Below are positions 29,408 through 39,820 of a DNA stretch of 64,000 nt, in pieces. The notes beneath the pieces were generated by a model. That model did no database searches. It had not been told where the DNA came from and saw only the letters and a list, made by a program, of their open reading frames with translations. The stretch's first letter is position 1, and the number at the start of each line of letters is the position of its first letter. The position numbers and the translations under genes are program-made. The stretch lies in IMG/VR virus record IMGVR_UViG_3300047157_000243, positions 11,016-75,015 of that record. The stretch is one strand, 5' to 3'. Source of the stretch: a virus.

Positions 29408-29672
29408 TTCTATAAAGTCACATTTAGAAGAGTGGACTAATTTAGTTTATCCTAAAAAAGAAAACGTATACAAAAGAAAACTTCTTGTTGAAAAGTGTGT
29501 TGAATATACTGTTCGACATTCAGAAACTGATTTCACTGTTTTAGGTTATGACTTAATCACATCTGGTTCAACTATAATCGGAATTAGCTCTAGAGCAGTC
29601 GGCGGTCCAATTAATTATCCTACACACATAACAAGCTCAGAAGAATTTAGAGAAATTTTTGGTGATGTGTAA
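29400..29672 (+). CDS. Small protein carrying a tail-sheath N-terminal fragment
   Basis: SETDFT...TIIGI...GGPINYPTHITSSEEFREIFG matches the sheath E.D.T...G..G...GP...P..ITS..E...FG motif. Confidence 0.7.
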   Translation: MNDSIKSHLEEWTNLVYPKKENVYKRKLLVEKCVEYTVRHSETDFTVLGYDLITSGSTIIGISSRAVGGPINYPTHITSSEEFREIFGDV

Positions 29673-29722
29673 TATTTTTTAAAAATTTACGTTTATATAA
29701 CATAACAATTAAAAATTATATT

Positions 29723-30070
29723 ATGAGCTTAACACAAAAAGAGAAAGACGAAATTCACGAAAGAGTTGAAAGTATGACACCTAAACAAAGAAGTCGTAGA
29801 ATGGATAGGTTAGTAAATGAATCTATAATTAAGAGCGTAATTGTACATGCTGTTTTATTGTTATATGTACTTACATCTGTGTATATAAAACAAAACTATG
29901 AAATTAATAGCCTTATATACATAGTTTTAATTGGGGTGGGTATTTTTTGGACTTACGGTTGTATGTTGACGTTTCAAGCATATCTGTTTTTTAAGAGCGC
30001 AAAAAATTTATCTAATTCATTTGGTTCAAGTATACAAGATGGTATTGATTTTTTAGATTTAAATGAATAA
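29723..30070 (+). CDS. Two-TM membrane protein
   Basis: Two hydrophobic helices in 115 aa. Confidence 0.55.
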   Translation: MSLTQKEKDEIHERVESMTPKQRSRRMDRLVNESIIKSVIVHAVLLLYVLTSVYIKQNYEINSLIYIVLIGVGIFWTYGCMLTFQAYLFFKSAKNLSNSFGSSIQDGIDFLDLNE

Positions 30071-30090
30071 TTTGATTTAAAAACACAAAA

Positions 30091-30121
30091 AAAAAAGCGA
30101 CTTATATAAAGTCGCTTTTTT
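30091..30121. terminator. Bidirectional intrinsic terminator
   Basis: AAAAAAGCGACTT-ATATA-AAGTCGCTTTTTT between convergent genes. Confidence 0.8.
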
Positions 30122-30145
30122 AAAATATATAATTATTTAACTATC

Positions 30146-30919
30146 CTATTTTTTTTCTATTTCTGAAATTATTTTATTAGCTTCTTTTTTTAATTTTTTG
30201 ATTTCTTCAGATTTTCTAGCTTCTTCTCTAAAGATTTTTCTAATATCATTTTCATTAATAGATTCATTCTTACCACTTATACCAGCAAGTTTCCTGTCTT
30301 TATATGCTGCTGCCAATGTAGGCTTTCCTTTCAGGTCTACAATTCTAATATCTTGTTTACTAACATTTAATCCATCCCATTTATTTTTAGGAGTTAATAC
30401 TTTATCAATAAAAGATTGAACTCTTGATTTTAAACCAGCTTTTTCTTCATCAGTCAATTCTCTAACAACTTTACCAGCGGTTAAGTTGTCTACACCTTTC
30501 CATTCTATCATTTCACCTTTGTCTATTTCAGCTTCAACAGCTTTCTTGGCAAGAGATATAGCTTCTTCAGCTTTCTTCGGGTCTTTTTTAAACATGTCCA
30601 TTACACCTTCTTCACACCTTCGCCTTCGTTTTCTTCAACACCTTCGTTTTCTTCACACCTTCGTTTTCTTCAACACCTTCGTTTTCTTCAACGCCTTCGT
30701 TTTCTTCAACGCCTTCATTTTCTTCAACGCCTTCGTTTTCTTCAACGCCTTCGTTTTCTTCAACGCCTTCTTCGCAAGTATCATTCTCTTCCATTGAGTA
30801 GTTCTCGTTTAAACGCTTTTTGAATTTTCGCTTTCTCAGCCTCTAAAGATTGAATTGTTAAAAAATCTATCAGCTTCTTCTTTTATTATTTGACTAAGCT
30901 CTTGTTTTGAAATTTTCAT
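30146..30919 (-). pseudogene. Prohead core/scaffold-like protein with EENEGV repeats, split by about four 1-nt indels
   Basis: Starts MKISKQELSQIIKEEA at 30919; correcting the T6 and A5 runs and two GTG(T) losses joins 30612..30794 and 30146..30601. Confidence 0.6.
30623..30770 (-). repeat. 18-bp tandem repeat encoding EENEGV
   Basis: About 8 units of (plus strand) CCTTCGTTTTCTTCAAC(G/A). Confidence 0.9.
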
Positions 30920-30921
30920 GA

Positions 30922-31722
30922 TTATTTGTTTTGTAATATTTCGTTTATTTCCTGACCTATTGTGCCACCATTAGACTCTATTTCTTCAGCTATAGTTCTT
31001 AGTCTATTAACTAAATCTTCTTTTTTAGAATTATCTTTATAAGACTTTACAGCTTTTTTAGCTTCTGATAAAATAAAAGTTTTTAACTCTTTTTTAGTAT
31101 AAGATTCTTTCAGCTCATTTTCAATGTTGCTACCATCTATCACGATTCCAGCAGCTATTCTTTCTGTTGGCTCTTCAGCATCTTCTTCTGGCATTCTTTC
31201 GTGAACTTCAGCCTTGGCTTGACCAGCAGTATGAGAACTTCCTTTCTTTTCTTCACCAGCAGAAACATAAGTCTTTGCCTTTTCATCTACTAACTTGTCT
31301 TCAGAATTCATTTCTAAACCTTCAACTCTTTCGTCAAATGGGCCAGAAGCATCTGTTCCTTGAACATCTTTTTTAGATGTGAAGTTAGCTTTTGCTTGAC
31401 CTTTAGTGTGACTATCACCACCTTTTTTGGCACCAGCATCTACTTTAACTGCTACAGCAGCTTTTTTGTCTGAACCTTCAACAGAGTCTTTTGAGTTCAT
31501 TTTTGGCATCTTTTCATTTTCTCCTTCTTTTTCTACTTTCTTTGAAGGGTCTTTGTAAGTTAAAGCTTTATCAGAATCACCTAGCTCATCGTTTGCATTC
31601 ATATCAACATCATAAACGTTAACTGAATCCGAAACAGCTTCTGACTCTTGAATCATAGCGCTTTTTATAGACTTTGCTTCAGTTCTAATCATGTCTATAA
31701 GTTCTTGTTTGCTAATTTTCAT
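30922..31722 (-). CDS. Prohead core/internal protein
   Basis: MKISKQELIDMIRTEA N-terminus paralogous to the next gene; internal repeat SHT.GQAKA; late motif 31762-31768. Confidence 0.55.
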   Translation of the reverse strand: MKISKQELIDMIRTEAKSIKSAMIQESEAVSDSVNVYDVDMNANDELGDSDKALTYKDPSKKVEKEGENEKMPKMNSKDSVEGSDKKAAVAVKVDAGAKKGGDSHTKGQAKANFTSKKDVQGTDASGPFDERVEGLEMNSEDKLVDEKAKTYVSAGEEKKGSSHTAGQAKAEVHERMPEEDAEEPTERIAAGIVIDGSNIENELKESYTKKELKTFILSEAKKAVKSYKDNSKKEDLVNRLRTIAEEIESNGGTIGQEINEILQNK

Positions 31723-31858
31723 TTTTTTTGTTTTTAAAAGTTCATTATTATTATAATACCTATAAATATATATAAAAAACAAAAATTCGTTTTTTAAAAA
31801 CTATTTTTATTTGTTTGAAAATAAAAAGATTATTATATTTGTTATAATAATTTATCAT

Positions 31859-32413
31859 ATGAAAAATTTAGGAGAATTTATAGGTCACTTTACTGTTAAA
31901 AATGATAATGAAAAAAGCTTGTTTAAAGTTTATTTTTATGAAAAAGGAATATCTTTTGATGATGACTTTTTAAGAGGCATAATAGAGAGTGAAGATACTT
32001 ATAAAGAATTTATTATTATAAACGATAAGTGGAAGTGTAAAAATGACAACAGAGATGAAGTTATGAAATGTATTATGGAAATGTTGGAAAGATATCAAGA
32101 TTATCTTTCAAACTTTTTTATTAATGATGAAACAAAAAAAGAAGAAAAATACTTAAAAGATTCTAATTCACTATTTCTTGAATATCTAGAAGAAAAAGAT
32201 ATGCTAGTTGAAATAGGCAGAAAGGACTTTGAGGCTAATATAATAGATGAAAAGGTAGGGGAGTTTTATGTTGATAATTTAAAAGAAACAAAAGATGATT
32301 CAAAATTTTATACATATACTTCAGAAACATCTGGTTTAGAATTTTATTTAATGGTAGTAAGTAATAAAATTAAAATAGGGTTTTCATCAGGAAAGAAAGC
32401 TACTAACGTTTAG
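31859..32413 (+). CDS. Hypothetical protein
   Basis: TATATTTG at 31834-31841, then ATG 31859. Confidence 0.5.
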   Translation: MKNLGEFIGHFTVKNDNEKSLFKVYFYEKGISFDDDFLRGIIESEDTYKEFIIINDKWKCKNDNRDEVMKCIMEMLERYQDYLSNFFINDETKKEEKYLKDSNSLFLEYLEEKDMLVEIGRKDFEANIIDEKVGEFYVDNLKETKDDSKFYTYTSETSGLEFYLMVVSNKIKIGFSSGKKATNV

Positions 32414-32424
32414 AGTTTATAAAA

Positions 32425-32931
32425 ATGAGTATTGTAAAAGAAGGTGTTGATATTAATTTAGAGGTATGCGAACCAGACAGGTTGTACAGAGCTTATGTTG
32501 GCGAAGAGTCATGGTTAGATATGTTAAATTCTTCAATAAACAAATGCAATGGAGTATGTCAAGGCTGTGGATACAACCCGCCAGATAAAAGTTTTTTAGA
32601 GATACATATTATATCAGGAAGCGTTAATGATTTAGAGACTTATTTATATACATTGTTATGTAAAACATGTCACACCTTAAAGCATATTGATATAGCTTCT
32701 GAAAAGGGATGGATAAAACTTTGTAACTCTATTTTTGACCAAAAGAAATTGATATCTATATGTCGTTCAGGAAAATCTAGGTTACTAGAAAAGGTAAATT
32801 CAGGAGAAATAATGCTATTAAAAACAGATGCAACTCAATATTCAAAGTCCTTGTCTGAAGATGTTTTTAATAAGCGGAAGAAAATAAAGGCTGTATTCGG
32901 AAAAAATTTTCCTAAAGAAAGATTAAAATAA
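32425..32931 (+). CDS. HNH-fold Zn protein (IcmJ/DotN-like)
   Basis: CQGCG...LEIH...LLCKTCH..KH. Confidence 0.5.
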   Translation: MSIVKEGVDINLEVCEPDRLYRAYVGEESWLDMLNSSINKCNGVCQGCGYNPPDKSFLEIHIISGSVNDLETYLYTLLCKTCHTLKHIDIASEKGWIKLCNSIFDQKKLISICRSGKSRLLEKVNSGEIMLLKTDATQYSKSLSEDVFNKRKKIKAVFGKNFPKERLK

Positions 32932-32935
32932 AAAC

Positions 32936-34864
32936 ATGAAATATAAAAATCTAAAAAATAAGTTTTGCTTTCATCACAAAGAAGATAATAAAGAGCTTTA
33001 CTTTTGCTCATGTGGCAAAAAAATAGACAATAACAATAACGAAGCAAATCCAGAAGAAATAGTTATGTCTGTAAATTCTAAAGAGCATGACGTAGACATA
33101 ATGTCTAGATTTGATGATGTGGTTAATGTTGTTTGTCCTAAGTGTAAAAAAGATTATTCTAAACAAAAAAATTTACAATTTATAGTTGAGTCTAATAAGA
33201 ATTTTTTTAGTGAGTTTTTATTTGAAAACAATGAAGAACTTTCTCTGCTTAGAAGAGTAAAAGTAAAATCATCATGCACAAGCAAATCTAGATATGTAAG
33301 ATTTAAAGATTCTGAATCATATATATCTGTTAATAAGAAAACTAAAAAATTATTTTATAAAAGTTATTCTAGTAAAAAAGAAATAGAATTTAGCTTAGAT
33401 TCTATTATTCATGTTTTAAAAGAGTTTTATTTTGACAAAGAAGAATTGAATATAGTAGGCAATTTAATATCTGTACATAGATTTATAAGTGAGGTGGCAA
33501 GTATTGTTGTAGACTCTAATAATATGGATATTGTTGAAGGTTTAATGAATCAAATGATTGGAAGGCCTGGAGTGGATGTTTTGTATAAGATTAACTCTAT
33601 ATTTTTTGGGATAATTTGTTACTCAAACTTGTCAACAATAGCGCTAACCAAAGGCACTGTGTTTTTATTTGACATGATGAACAATTGCAACATGCCTAAC
33701 ATTTCTACTTTATCTGATAGTGGGGTTACATCTCCTTTGAAAATATTTAATTTTTTAGTATCATTAGAGAATGAAAAAGCTCAAAAGGAAATAGAGTCAG
33801 AAAAAGAAGAAGATTCTGAATTTATATATAAAACCAAAGACAATAAACTTCACAATTTAAAATTTGACTTAAAAAGGTGGGGATTTGGCAACTCTAAGAA
33901 GAGTGCCATTGTTAAATCTGAAGGTAAAATAAATGTAAGAGAAGATTTAAAGGTGAAGTCTGTTTCAAAATTCATTTTTAATAAAATAGATAAATTTAAT
34001 GATTACAAAAGGTTGATTAGGTTTACAAAGTTTTTATCTTATGAAGAATTGGTTTCTCTAGTAATGAATTATGACATTCAATTTATTGTCAACCTTTTTG
34101 ATTTGATTGAATTTAGAGAAGACATAAACTCAGATAGTCTTAAGCAGATTATTCCTTTGACATTAGACTGGCTTGAAAATGGAAGAACTTCTTACACCTT
34201 TTCTTCAATTAGTTCAGATAGATTAGCTTCTAAAAATGGAGGTATTGAATTAAGAGAAGATGTTAAAGTTAATTATGCAGCAGTATCTGCTTTTAGCTTT
34301 TATGAATATGATGATTGTGTAAGAATGATAAATGCTTTAGAATGGGACAGAAATAAAGAATTCAACAAAATAAAAAAAGTAAATGAATTAAAAGAATATC
34401 ATGACAAATTAGTTAATCACTTTAATTTGCTAAGTGATAAAGCTAAAAACGAAAGGTTTGTTCAGTTTGCAAAAAAGTTTAAATACCTAGAAGAATATGA
34501 TGGAGATTATAAATTAACTCTTCTGTCTCAGCCAAAATTAGTTTTAGATGCCGCAAAAGACATGAAAAACTGTGCAGGCTCATATGTCACAAGAATAAGT
34601 AGAGGTCAATATTTGCTATTGTTAGCAAATGACAAATCTGAAGAAAGGAACATTGATGAAAAGTCTAGATTTATGCTAGGTCTTAACGTGTCAAATGAAG
34701 GGCTTATATTTGAACAATTTAAAGGTGATTGCAATTTCCCAGCCTCTAACAGACAAAGAGAGATGATGAAGCTATATTTAGAAGACAAAGATATATCTTA
34801 TAAAGATGTAGGAGATTTGAGAATAACTAGAGTTGAGGGTGAAAAGCCTGAATTATTTTTATGA
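32936..34864 (+). CDS. PcfJ-like domain protein with N-terminal Zn ribbon
   Basis: FCSCG/CPKC; C-term LKEYHD...MKNCAGSY...EQFKGDCN. Confidence 0.7.
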   Translation: MKYKNLKNKFCFHHKEDNKELYFCSCGKKIDNNNNEANPEEIVMSVNSKEHDVDIMSRFDDVVNVVCPKCKKDYSKQKNLQFIVESNKNFFSEFLFENNEELSLLRRVKVKSSCTSKSRYVRFKDSESYISVNKKTKKLFYKSYSSKKEIEFSLDSIIHVLKEFYFDKEELNIVGNLISVHRFISEVASIVVDSNNMDIVEGLMNQMIGRPGVDVLYKINSIFFGIICYSNLSTIALTKGTVFLFDMMNNCNMPNISTLSDSGVTSPLKIFNFLVSLENEKAQKEIESEKEEDSEFIYKTKDNKLHNLKFDLKRWGFGNSKKSAIVKSEGKINVREDLKVKSVSKFIFNKIDKFNDYKRLIRFTKFLSYEELVSLVMNYDIQFIVNLFDLIEFREDINSDSLKQIIPLTLDWLENGRTSYTFSSISSDRLASKNGGIELREDVKVNYAAVSAFSFYEYDDCVRMINALEWDRNKEFNKIKKVNELKEYHDKLVNHFNLLSDKAKNERFVQFAKKFKYLEEYDGDYKLTLLSQPKLVLDAAKDMKNCAGSYVTRISRGQYLLLLANDKSEERNIDEKSRFMLGLNVSNEGLIFEQFKGDCNFPASNRQREMMKLYLEDKDISYKDVGDLRITRVEGEKPELFL

Positions 34865-35608
34865 TATAAATCTTGATTTTAACACATTATAGTTATGTTC
34901 AATTTCTGAATCTGACAAAGCTTTACCATATAATGTAATTGGCCCTATTTTTCCGCCAAAAAATCCATACCCCATCGAATTCCCTATGTCTAATTTGTTT
35001 ATAGTAATATCGCTATTATTAGTTCTTGTAGTCGATTCACATAGCTGACCATTATAGTAAATGGATTGTTTTAATGGTTCTACTACAAAAGTTGCATTAT
35101 GCCATGTATCGTAATAGTTTGGATTTATTTGACCTGGCAATTGTGTGTTTGTGGTTCCATTACTGGATTTAGTTCGAAGAGATAGTTGGTGAGCAAAACT
35201 ATGGTGATTGCCAATAGAAAAACAAGCAAATTCAGTAGAATGCCATGCTCCCGTATTGCCTAAGTTCCTGAAGTGAGTATCTGTTGATGAAGGTCTATAC
35301 CAAATGGAGTAAGTTAAATGTGACAGCGTAACACTTGTATTCAACCTGATGAAGTCATTCATTCCATCTAGATTCAAGGCGCCTTTGTTTTCCTCTGAAA
35401 ACATTGTTCCATTACGCAATTCAGCATAAGCGGAACTTGGAGTAGAAATGCTCATTGGACCAGAACTGGCAATATTATTTGATGGCTTATATGCTCTAGA
35501 TAAGCTGTTAATTTTTTGACTCACATCAATGTAAGACTTACTATTGCCTGCATCAAAACAGTCTATTAAACCATCTGTGATTAATTTATTACTTTTATTT
35601 ACGCTCAT
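34859..35608 (-). CDS. LamG/ConA-like domain tail protein
   Basis: ITDGL...DAGNSKSY, DG.NDFI, WHN.TF, YGKALS..EI.HNYN..K.RF. Confidence 0.75.
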   Translation of the reverse strand: MSVNKSNKLITDGLIDCFDAGNSKSYIDVSQKINSLSRAYKPSNNIASSGPMSISTPSSAYAELRNGTMFSEENKGALNLDGMNDFIRLNTSVTLSHLTYSIWYRPSSTDTHFRNLGNTGAWHSTEFACFSIGNHHSFAHQLSLRTKSSNGTTNTQLPGQINPNYYDTWHNATFVVEPLKQSIYYNGQLCESTTRTNNSDITINKLDIGNSMGYGFFGGKIGPITLYGKALSDSEIEHNYNVLKSRFIS

Positions 35609-35617
35609 ATTATAAGT

Positions 35618-35881
35618 TTAAACATTTTCTTCTGAGCTTGTCCATTCCCTGCTAGTCATTATTTTCACCATTTCACTATGACTATATGGACCTTCTTTTG
35701 TCTGTAAGTCATTAATTGAGTCTGGTATTTTAGCACCTTCCCATTTGACGAATGTTTTTTGTTCATCAATGGATTTTCTAATTGTTTCTTGAGAATCTTC
35801 CATTACTTGACTAAAGTCAACAGAATTAATTTCAGACATATTAAAAATAATATAATTTCTATCTTCTACTTTTCTTATCAT
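35618..35881 (-). CDS. Small tail-fibre-associated protein
   Basis: VDFSQVME.S..T.RKS.D..KTFVKW...GPYSHSE...EW; located in the fibre cassette. Confidence 0.55.
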   Translation of the reverse strand: MIRKVEDRNYIIFNMSEINSVDFSQVMEDSQETIRKSIDEQKTFVKWEGAKIPDSINDLQTKEGPYSHSEMVKIMTSREWTSSEENV

Positions 35882-35942
35882 AATTTATTGTTTTTGTTTA
35901 TGTTCATATTTCTAACTTAATTTAGGGCTTAACCATTTCCTG

Positions 35943-36248
35943 TTATTCATTTGAATTTATATTGTTAGGTTGATAATTATTTGAAGGCCCTTGAAACTTT
36001 TCTGATTCAGTCTCTACCGCTTCTTTATAATAGCCTTCTCCTGCAATATTATCTAAATAAATTTCTAACTCATCTTCAGTGATAAAAGCTAAAATATTAG
36101 GTTGCCCTGTTGATAGTTCAAATTCATTAATTGCACCTACATAACCAAACACAATAAACCCTGCTTCACCTGCGTCATTGTCGTAAACTAAAAACCATCT
36201 GTTAGGATTTGTTTTAGTTATTTCATTTATACTATTCTTTAAAGCCAT
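35943..36248 (-). CDS. Small tail-fibre-associated protein
   Basis: 101 aa ORF in the fibre cassette. Confidence 0.5.
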   Translation of the reverse strand: MALKNSINEITKTNPNRWFLVYDNDAGEAGFIVFGYVGAINEFELSTGQPNILAFITEDELEIYLDNIAGEGYYKEAVETESEKFQGPSNNYQPNNINSNE

Positions 36249-36257
36249 AGTTCATTT

Positions 36258-38324
36258 TTATATTTGTCCACCATCTGTTATAGTCCAACCTCTACTAACC
36301 ATATTTGCTCTTGCCGTTGCAGGTGCTCCAGCATTATATTGTGCAGTTAGAGTGCTTAAAACAACATTGCTTGTTCCGTAGGCATCCCAAGCAACTAATA
36401 ATAAATCATAATTTGCTGTCCCAAAACCACTGTCTGTAAACATAAAAGTTGCAGTTCCTAAACTTGTAATGTCTAAACCGCTAATATCTTGGTCAAACAC
36501 ATACGCGTTATTAAACATGTAGGTCATACTAGTAACATTTGAAGTGCTTGAAATAGTTATGGGTGAATTTAACACAAAACAATTTCTAAACATTTGAGTC
36601 ATTGTAGTTACGTTTGTTCCTATAAAATTAATTGTTTGGTCAAAAAGCCTACAATTATAAAACATACTTTGAAATGTTGTTGAACTACTTGTATTAAAAT
36701 TTATTGGTTGATTAAATACAAGACAACCACTAAACATATTTCTAAAAGTAGTAACATTTGAAGTATCTGTAAGTGTTACCGCAGAATCAAAAGCTTGACA
36801 ATTCAAGAACATAGAACTTGTACTATTTAATGAACTTGTATCAAATGTTAATGGTTGATTAAAATTAGTACAACCGTTAAACATATCACTCATTGAAGTA
36901 ACATTACTTGTATCGCTAAATGTTATAGAGCTATTTAAACTACTACAGTTTTGAAACATATTTAGACACAGAGTTAGGTTGGGAGTAGACCAATTAATTG
37001 TTTGATTAAAACTACCACAATTTTGAAACATTAAATAAAAGGTAGTTGCACCGCTTGTATCAAAATTAACGGGTTGATTAAAATTAGTACAACTTCTAAA
37101 CATTTGTTGCCAAACTGAAACATTACTACTATTGTTTAAAGTTACAAGTGAATTAAAGTTTGTACAATTATAAAACATTTCTTGTACAGAGGTACAATTA
37201 GTAGTGTCAAATGTGATAGGTTGATTAAAGCTACTACAATTACGAAACATTCTAAACATAATAGTAACATTGCCTGTATTTGTAAAATTTAAAGGTGAAT
37301 TAAAATTTGTACACGCGTAAAACATATCATAAAAAGTACCGTTACTTGCACAATCAAAATTAAGTGTTTGATTAAAATTTGTGCAATATGCAAACATAGT
37401 TTGCATATTGGTAACACTTGAAGTATCAAAGTTCAAAGGTTGGTTAAAATTAGTGTTATTTCTAAACATTGCCAGCATAGTAGTGACGTTAGAAGTATCA
37501 CTAAATGTAATTGGAGAATTAAGATTTGTATTATATTCAAACATTGAATTCATGCTTGTAACATTATCTGTGTCAAAAGTTACTGGTTGATTAAAATTAG
37601 TACATCTACTGAACATTCTAAACATGTTAGTTACACTTGAGGTATCAAAATTAACGGGTTTATTAAATACAGGACACCTTTCAAACATTCTATCCATAGT
37701 AGTAACATTTGAAGTATCATCAATACTTACATTTCCATTAAATAAATCACAATTAGTAAACATTTGATAAGTTGATAAAACATTTGAAGAATTTGTAATT
37801 GTTATATCTGAATTTAAAGAATCACATAGACCAAATGTTTGTTGCAACGTAGTACATAATGGTACATCAATAGTTACAGGTGAATTAAATAATGTGCAAT
37901 TATAGAACATTGTATTCATTCCATTAATTTCTGAAAAATCTGGATTATCAGAGTAGTTACCTACCATATTTATGCAATTTCTAAATGAACCTGTACCACT
38001 CTGCCACTTATTATCCCCCCAATTATCAATAGAAATTAATTTTTCAGAATCATTTTGATAAAACTTTAAAGAATCAAAACTCCCATCTAAACTAACTTGG
38101 TAAGTACCGCTTGTAGCATATACATGAGTTAATTCTGCTTGGTCATATGCTGTAATAACATCTGAACTTCCATCACCCCAATCAACAGTAAGGTTAACAG
38201 AACTTGAAGTTGCAAAAGCTAATTCAAAAGATTGATTGTTAGTGACACCAGGTTTTGTAGTGTCAATAGTCATTTTAAACAAAGGAGACGGCGGCCCTAC
38301 TCTAGGTCCTATTACAGCACTCAT
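36258..38324 (-). CDS. PKD-like + BspA/DUF285 repeat protein (putative receptor-binding)
   Basis: VDWGDG...H.Y...GTY, then about 20 repeats of FDTS.VT.M..MF..C.NFNQP. Confidence 0.85.
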   Translation of the reverse strand: MSAVIGPRVGPPSPLFKMTIDTTKPGVTNNQSFELAFATSSSVNLTVDWGDGSSDVITAYDQAELTHVYATSGTYQVSLDGSFDSLKFYQNDSEKLISIDNWGDNKWQSGTGSFRNCINMVGNYSDNPDFSEINGMNTMFYNCTLFNSPVTIDVPLCTTLQQTFGLCDSLNSDITITNSSNVLSTYQMFTNCDLFNGNVSIDDTSNVTTMDRMFERCPVFNKPVNFDTSSVTNMFRMFSRCTNFNQPVTFDTDNVTSMNSMFEYNTNLNSPITFSDTSNVTTMLAMFRNNTNFNQPLNFDTSSVTNMQTMFAYCTNFNQTLNFDCASNGTFYDMFYACTNFNSPLNFTNTGNVTIMFRMFRNCSSFNQPITFDTTNCTSVQEMFYNCTNFNSLVTLNNSSNVSVWQQMFRSCTNFNQPVNFDTSGATTFYLMFQNCGSFNQTINWSTPNLTLCLNMFQNCSSLNSSITFSDTSNVTSMSDMFNGCTNFNQPLTFDTSSLNSTSSMFLNCQAFDSAVTLTDTSNVTTFRNMFSGCLVFNQPINFNTSSSTTFQSMFYNCRLFDQTINFIGTNVTTMTQMFRNCFVLNSPITISSTSNVTSMTYMFNNAYVFDQDISGLDITSLGTATFMFTDSGFGTANYDLLLVAWDAYGTSNVVLSTLTAQYNAGAPATARANMVSRGWTITDGGQI

Positions 38325-38325
38325 T

Positions 38326-38796
38326 TTAAGAGGTTGTTATTTTTGAACGCGAATCAGGACTTGTTATATTGATAGAGATTTGGTCTAACCTTACAAGTCT
38401 AACAGTAATTAAGCAACCTCTTAAGTATCTGCTTTCATTGACAGTAACTATAGACCCATTTCTTATCTCTAAATTACCATCAGAACATGACGCCAATCCG
38501 TAAAAGGTAACCCCAGACACTCTTGGTCTAAAATCTAAAAAAGCACCAGTCAAAGTTCCGGGAGAATCACTTATATAAAACGTATATGTATTACCAATCA
38601 GATTTGCAGAAGTATCAAATCTAAAAGACAGTTCATTGCCTGATTGTAGATTAACATCAAACCAAGTATCTGACAAATAGTTTTTGCCTATATCTATGCT
38701 ACCATTTCCAGAAATTGAATTTACTTCCTTTTTGCCAGAAACAATTCCTTCCGATATCACTCCTCCCCTAAAAATTGTTTTACCCTTTGTGTTCAT
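38326..38796 (-). CDS. Hypothetical beta-rich tail protein
   Basis: 156 aa ORF in the fibre cassette. Confidence 0.5.
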   Translation of the reverse strand: MNTKGKTIFRGGVISEGIVSGKKEVNSISGNGSIDIGKNYLSDTWFDVNLQSGNELSFRFDTSANLIGNTYTFYISDSPGTLTGAFLDFRPRVSGVTFYGLASCSDGNLEIRNGSIVTVNESRYLRGCLITVRLVRLDQISINITSPDSRSKITTS

Positions 38797-38813
38797 ATTG
38801 ATAAATTTTAATA

Positions 38814-39818
38814 TTATTTAAATCTTTCTTTTATTGCATTGTAATTTCTTAACACTTCGTCAGCATTTATTGCTCTATCATACATCATTATTGAAGCAAC
38901 TTGACCATTAATGGTATCAGAAAAGCTACTACCTCCTCTGCCTATAAAAAGAAGACCAGTGCTTGGATTATCCATCCAAGATGAATTTAGCCAAGGAGTG
39001 TCAGCCGATAAACTAGACTTAACCAATTCTCCATTTATATACCATTTTCTATTTCCTTCAGTAAGCAACTTGCCTTCATCAGTGTATGTGACTAAGTTCC
39101 ACTCATTTGGTTCATTATCAGCTCTACTTATAGAATAAACCCCTTTAGTTTCATTGTTAGATAGAAATGCAGAAAAATTAGTCCCTAAAGTCATTCCCCA
39201 TCTACTATTAGACGAACCAGCCACCCTGTATCTAAAATAAGCATCGTCCACAGGAGAAGTTCCTCCTAAATCAGAGCCTAAAATAAGTATAGTGTCACCA
39301 CTTAAACTATTATGAGGTTGACTTAATGCTTTTACACTTGTAACAGTACCGCCAGAATCTATTGTTATTGTAAAGTTTGGTACCGTTCTAGCTCCATTTG
39401 TAACATTAGTCCCTGGTATATTTGAATAAATACCTTGAGAATAGCTAGTACCAGTTAATGGGGTATAGTCTAAAGTGTAATCTCTAGAGCCAGCAAACAT
39501 GGCAACACCACCAGGGCCAGTAGTTCCTGATTTTATCCATGCAGAAAATGTAAAATCGCTTGGTTTATAATTTACAAAAGGCTGTCTTCTAACACCAGAG
39601 GTGAATTTCATATGGTCATCTGTTCCATCTACTTTTATAGATTTGTAATCTGATGAAATGCTTAATCCATTTTCTAAAGTAAACTCCCCTCCCTTTATAA
39701 GCTCGCTAGCTGTACCAGCACTGGCCGAAAAACTTCTGTCCCTACATTTAGGATTAAGTGTGTCTAAATAAAAACATAGACCATCTGTTACGATTTTAGG
39801 CGAATAAGAAAAGCTCAT
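38814..39818 (-). CDS. LamG/ConA-like domain tail protein with insertion
   Basis: PKIVTDGL.FYLD, DGTDD, YDRAI...EV..NYNA.K.RF; paralog of 34859..35608. Confidence 0.75.
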   Translation of the reverse strand: MSFSYSPKIVTDGLCFYLDTLNPKCRDRSFSASAGTASELIKGGEFTLENGLSISSDYKSIKVDGTDDHMKFTSGVRRQPFVNYKPSDFTFSAWIKSGTTGPGGVAMFAGSRDYTLDYTPLTGTSYSQGIYSNIPGTNVTNGARTVPNFTITIDSGGTVTSVKALSQPHNSLSGDTILILGSDLGGTSPVDDAYFRYRVAGSSNSRWGMTLGTNFSAFLSNNETKGVYSISRADNEPNEWNLVTYTDEGKLLTEGNRKWYINGELVKSSLSADTPWLNSSWMDNPSTGLLFIGRGGSSFSDTINGQVASIMMYDRAINADEVLRNYNAIKERFK

Positions 39819-39820
39819 AA

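Noticed and set aside
30623-30770. CRISPR array
   Set aside because: 18-bp units abut without spacers and encode EENEGV
32425-32931. Type IVB secretion system
   Set aside because: Only a weak IcmJ/DotN-like HNH fold; no other dot/icm genes
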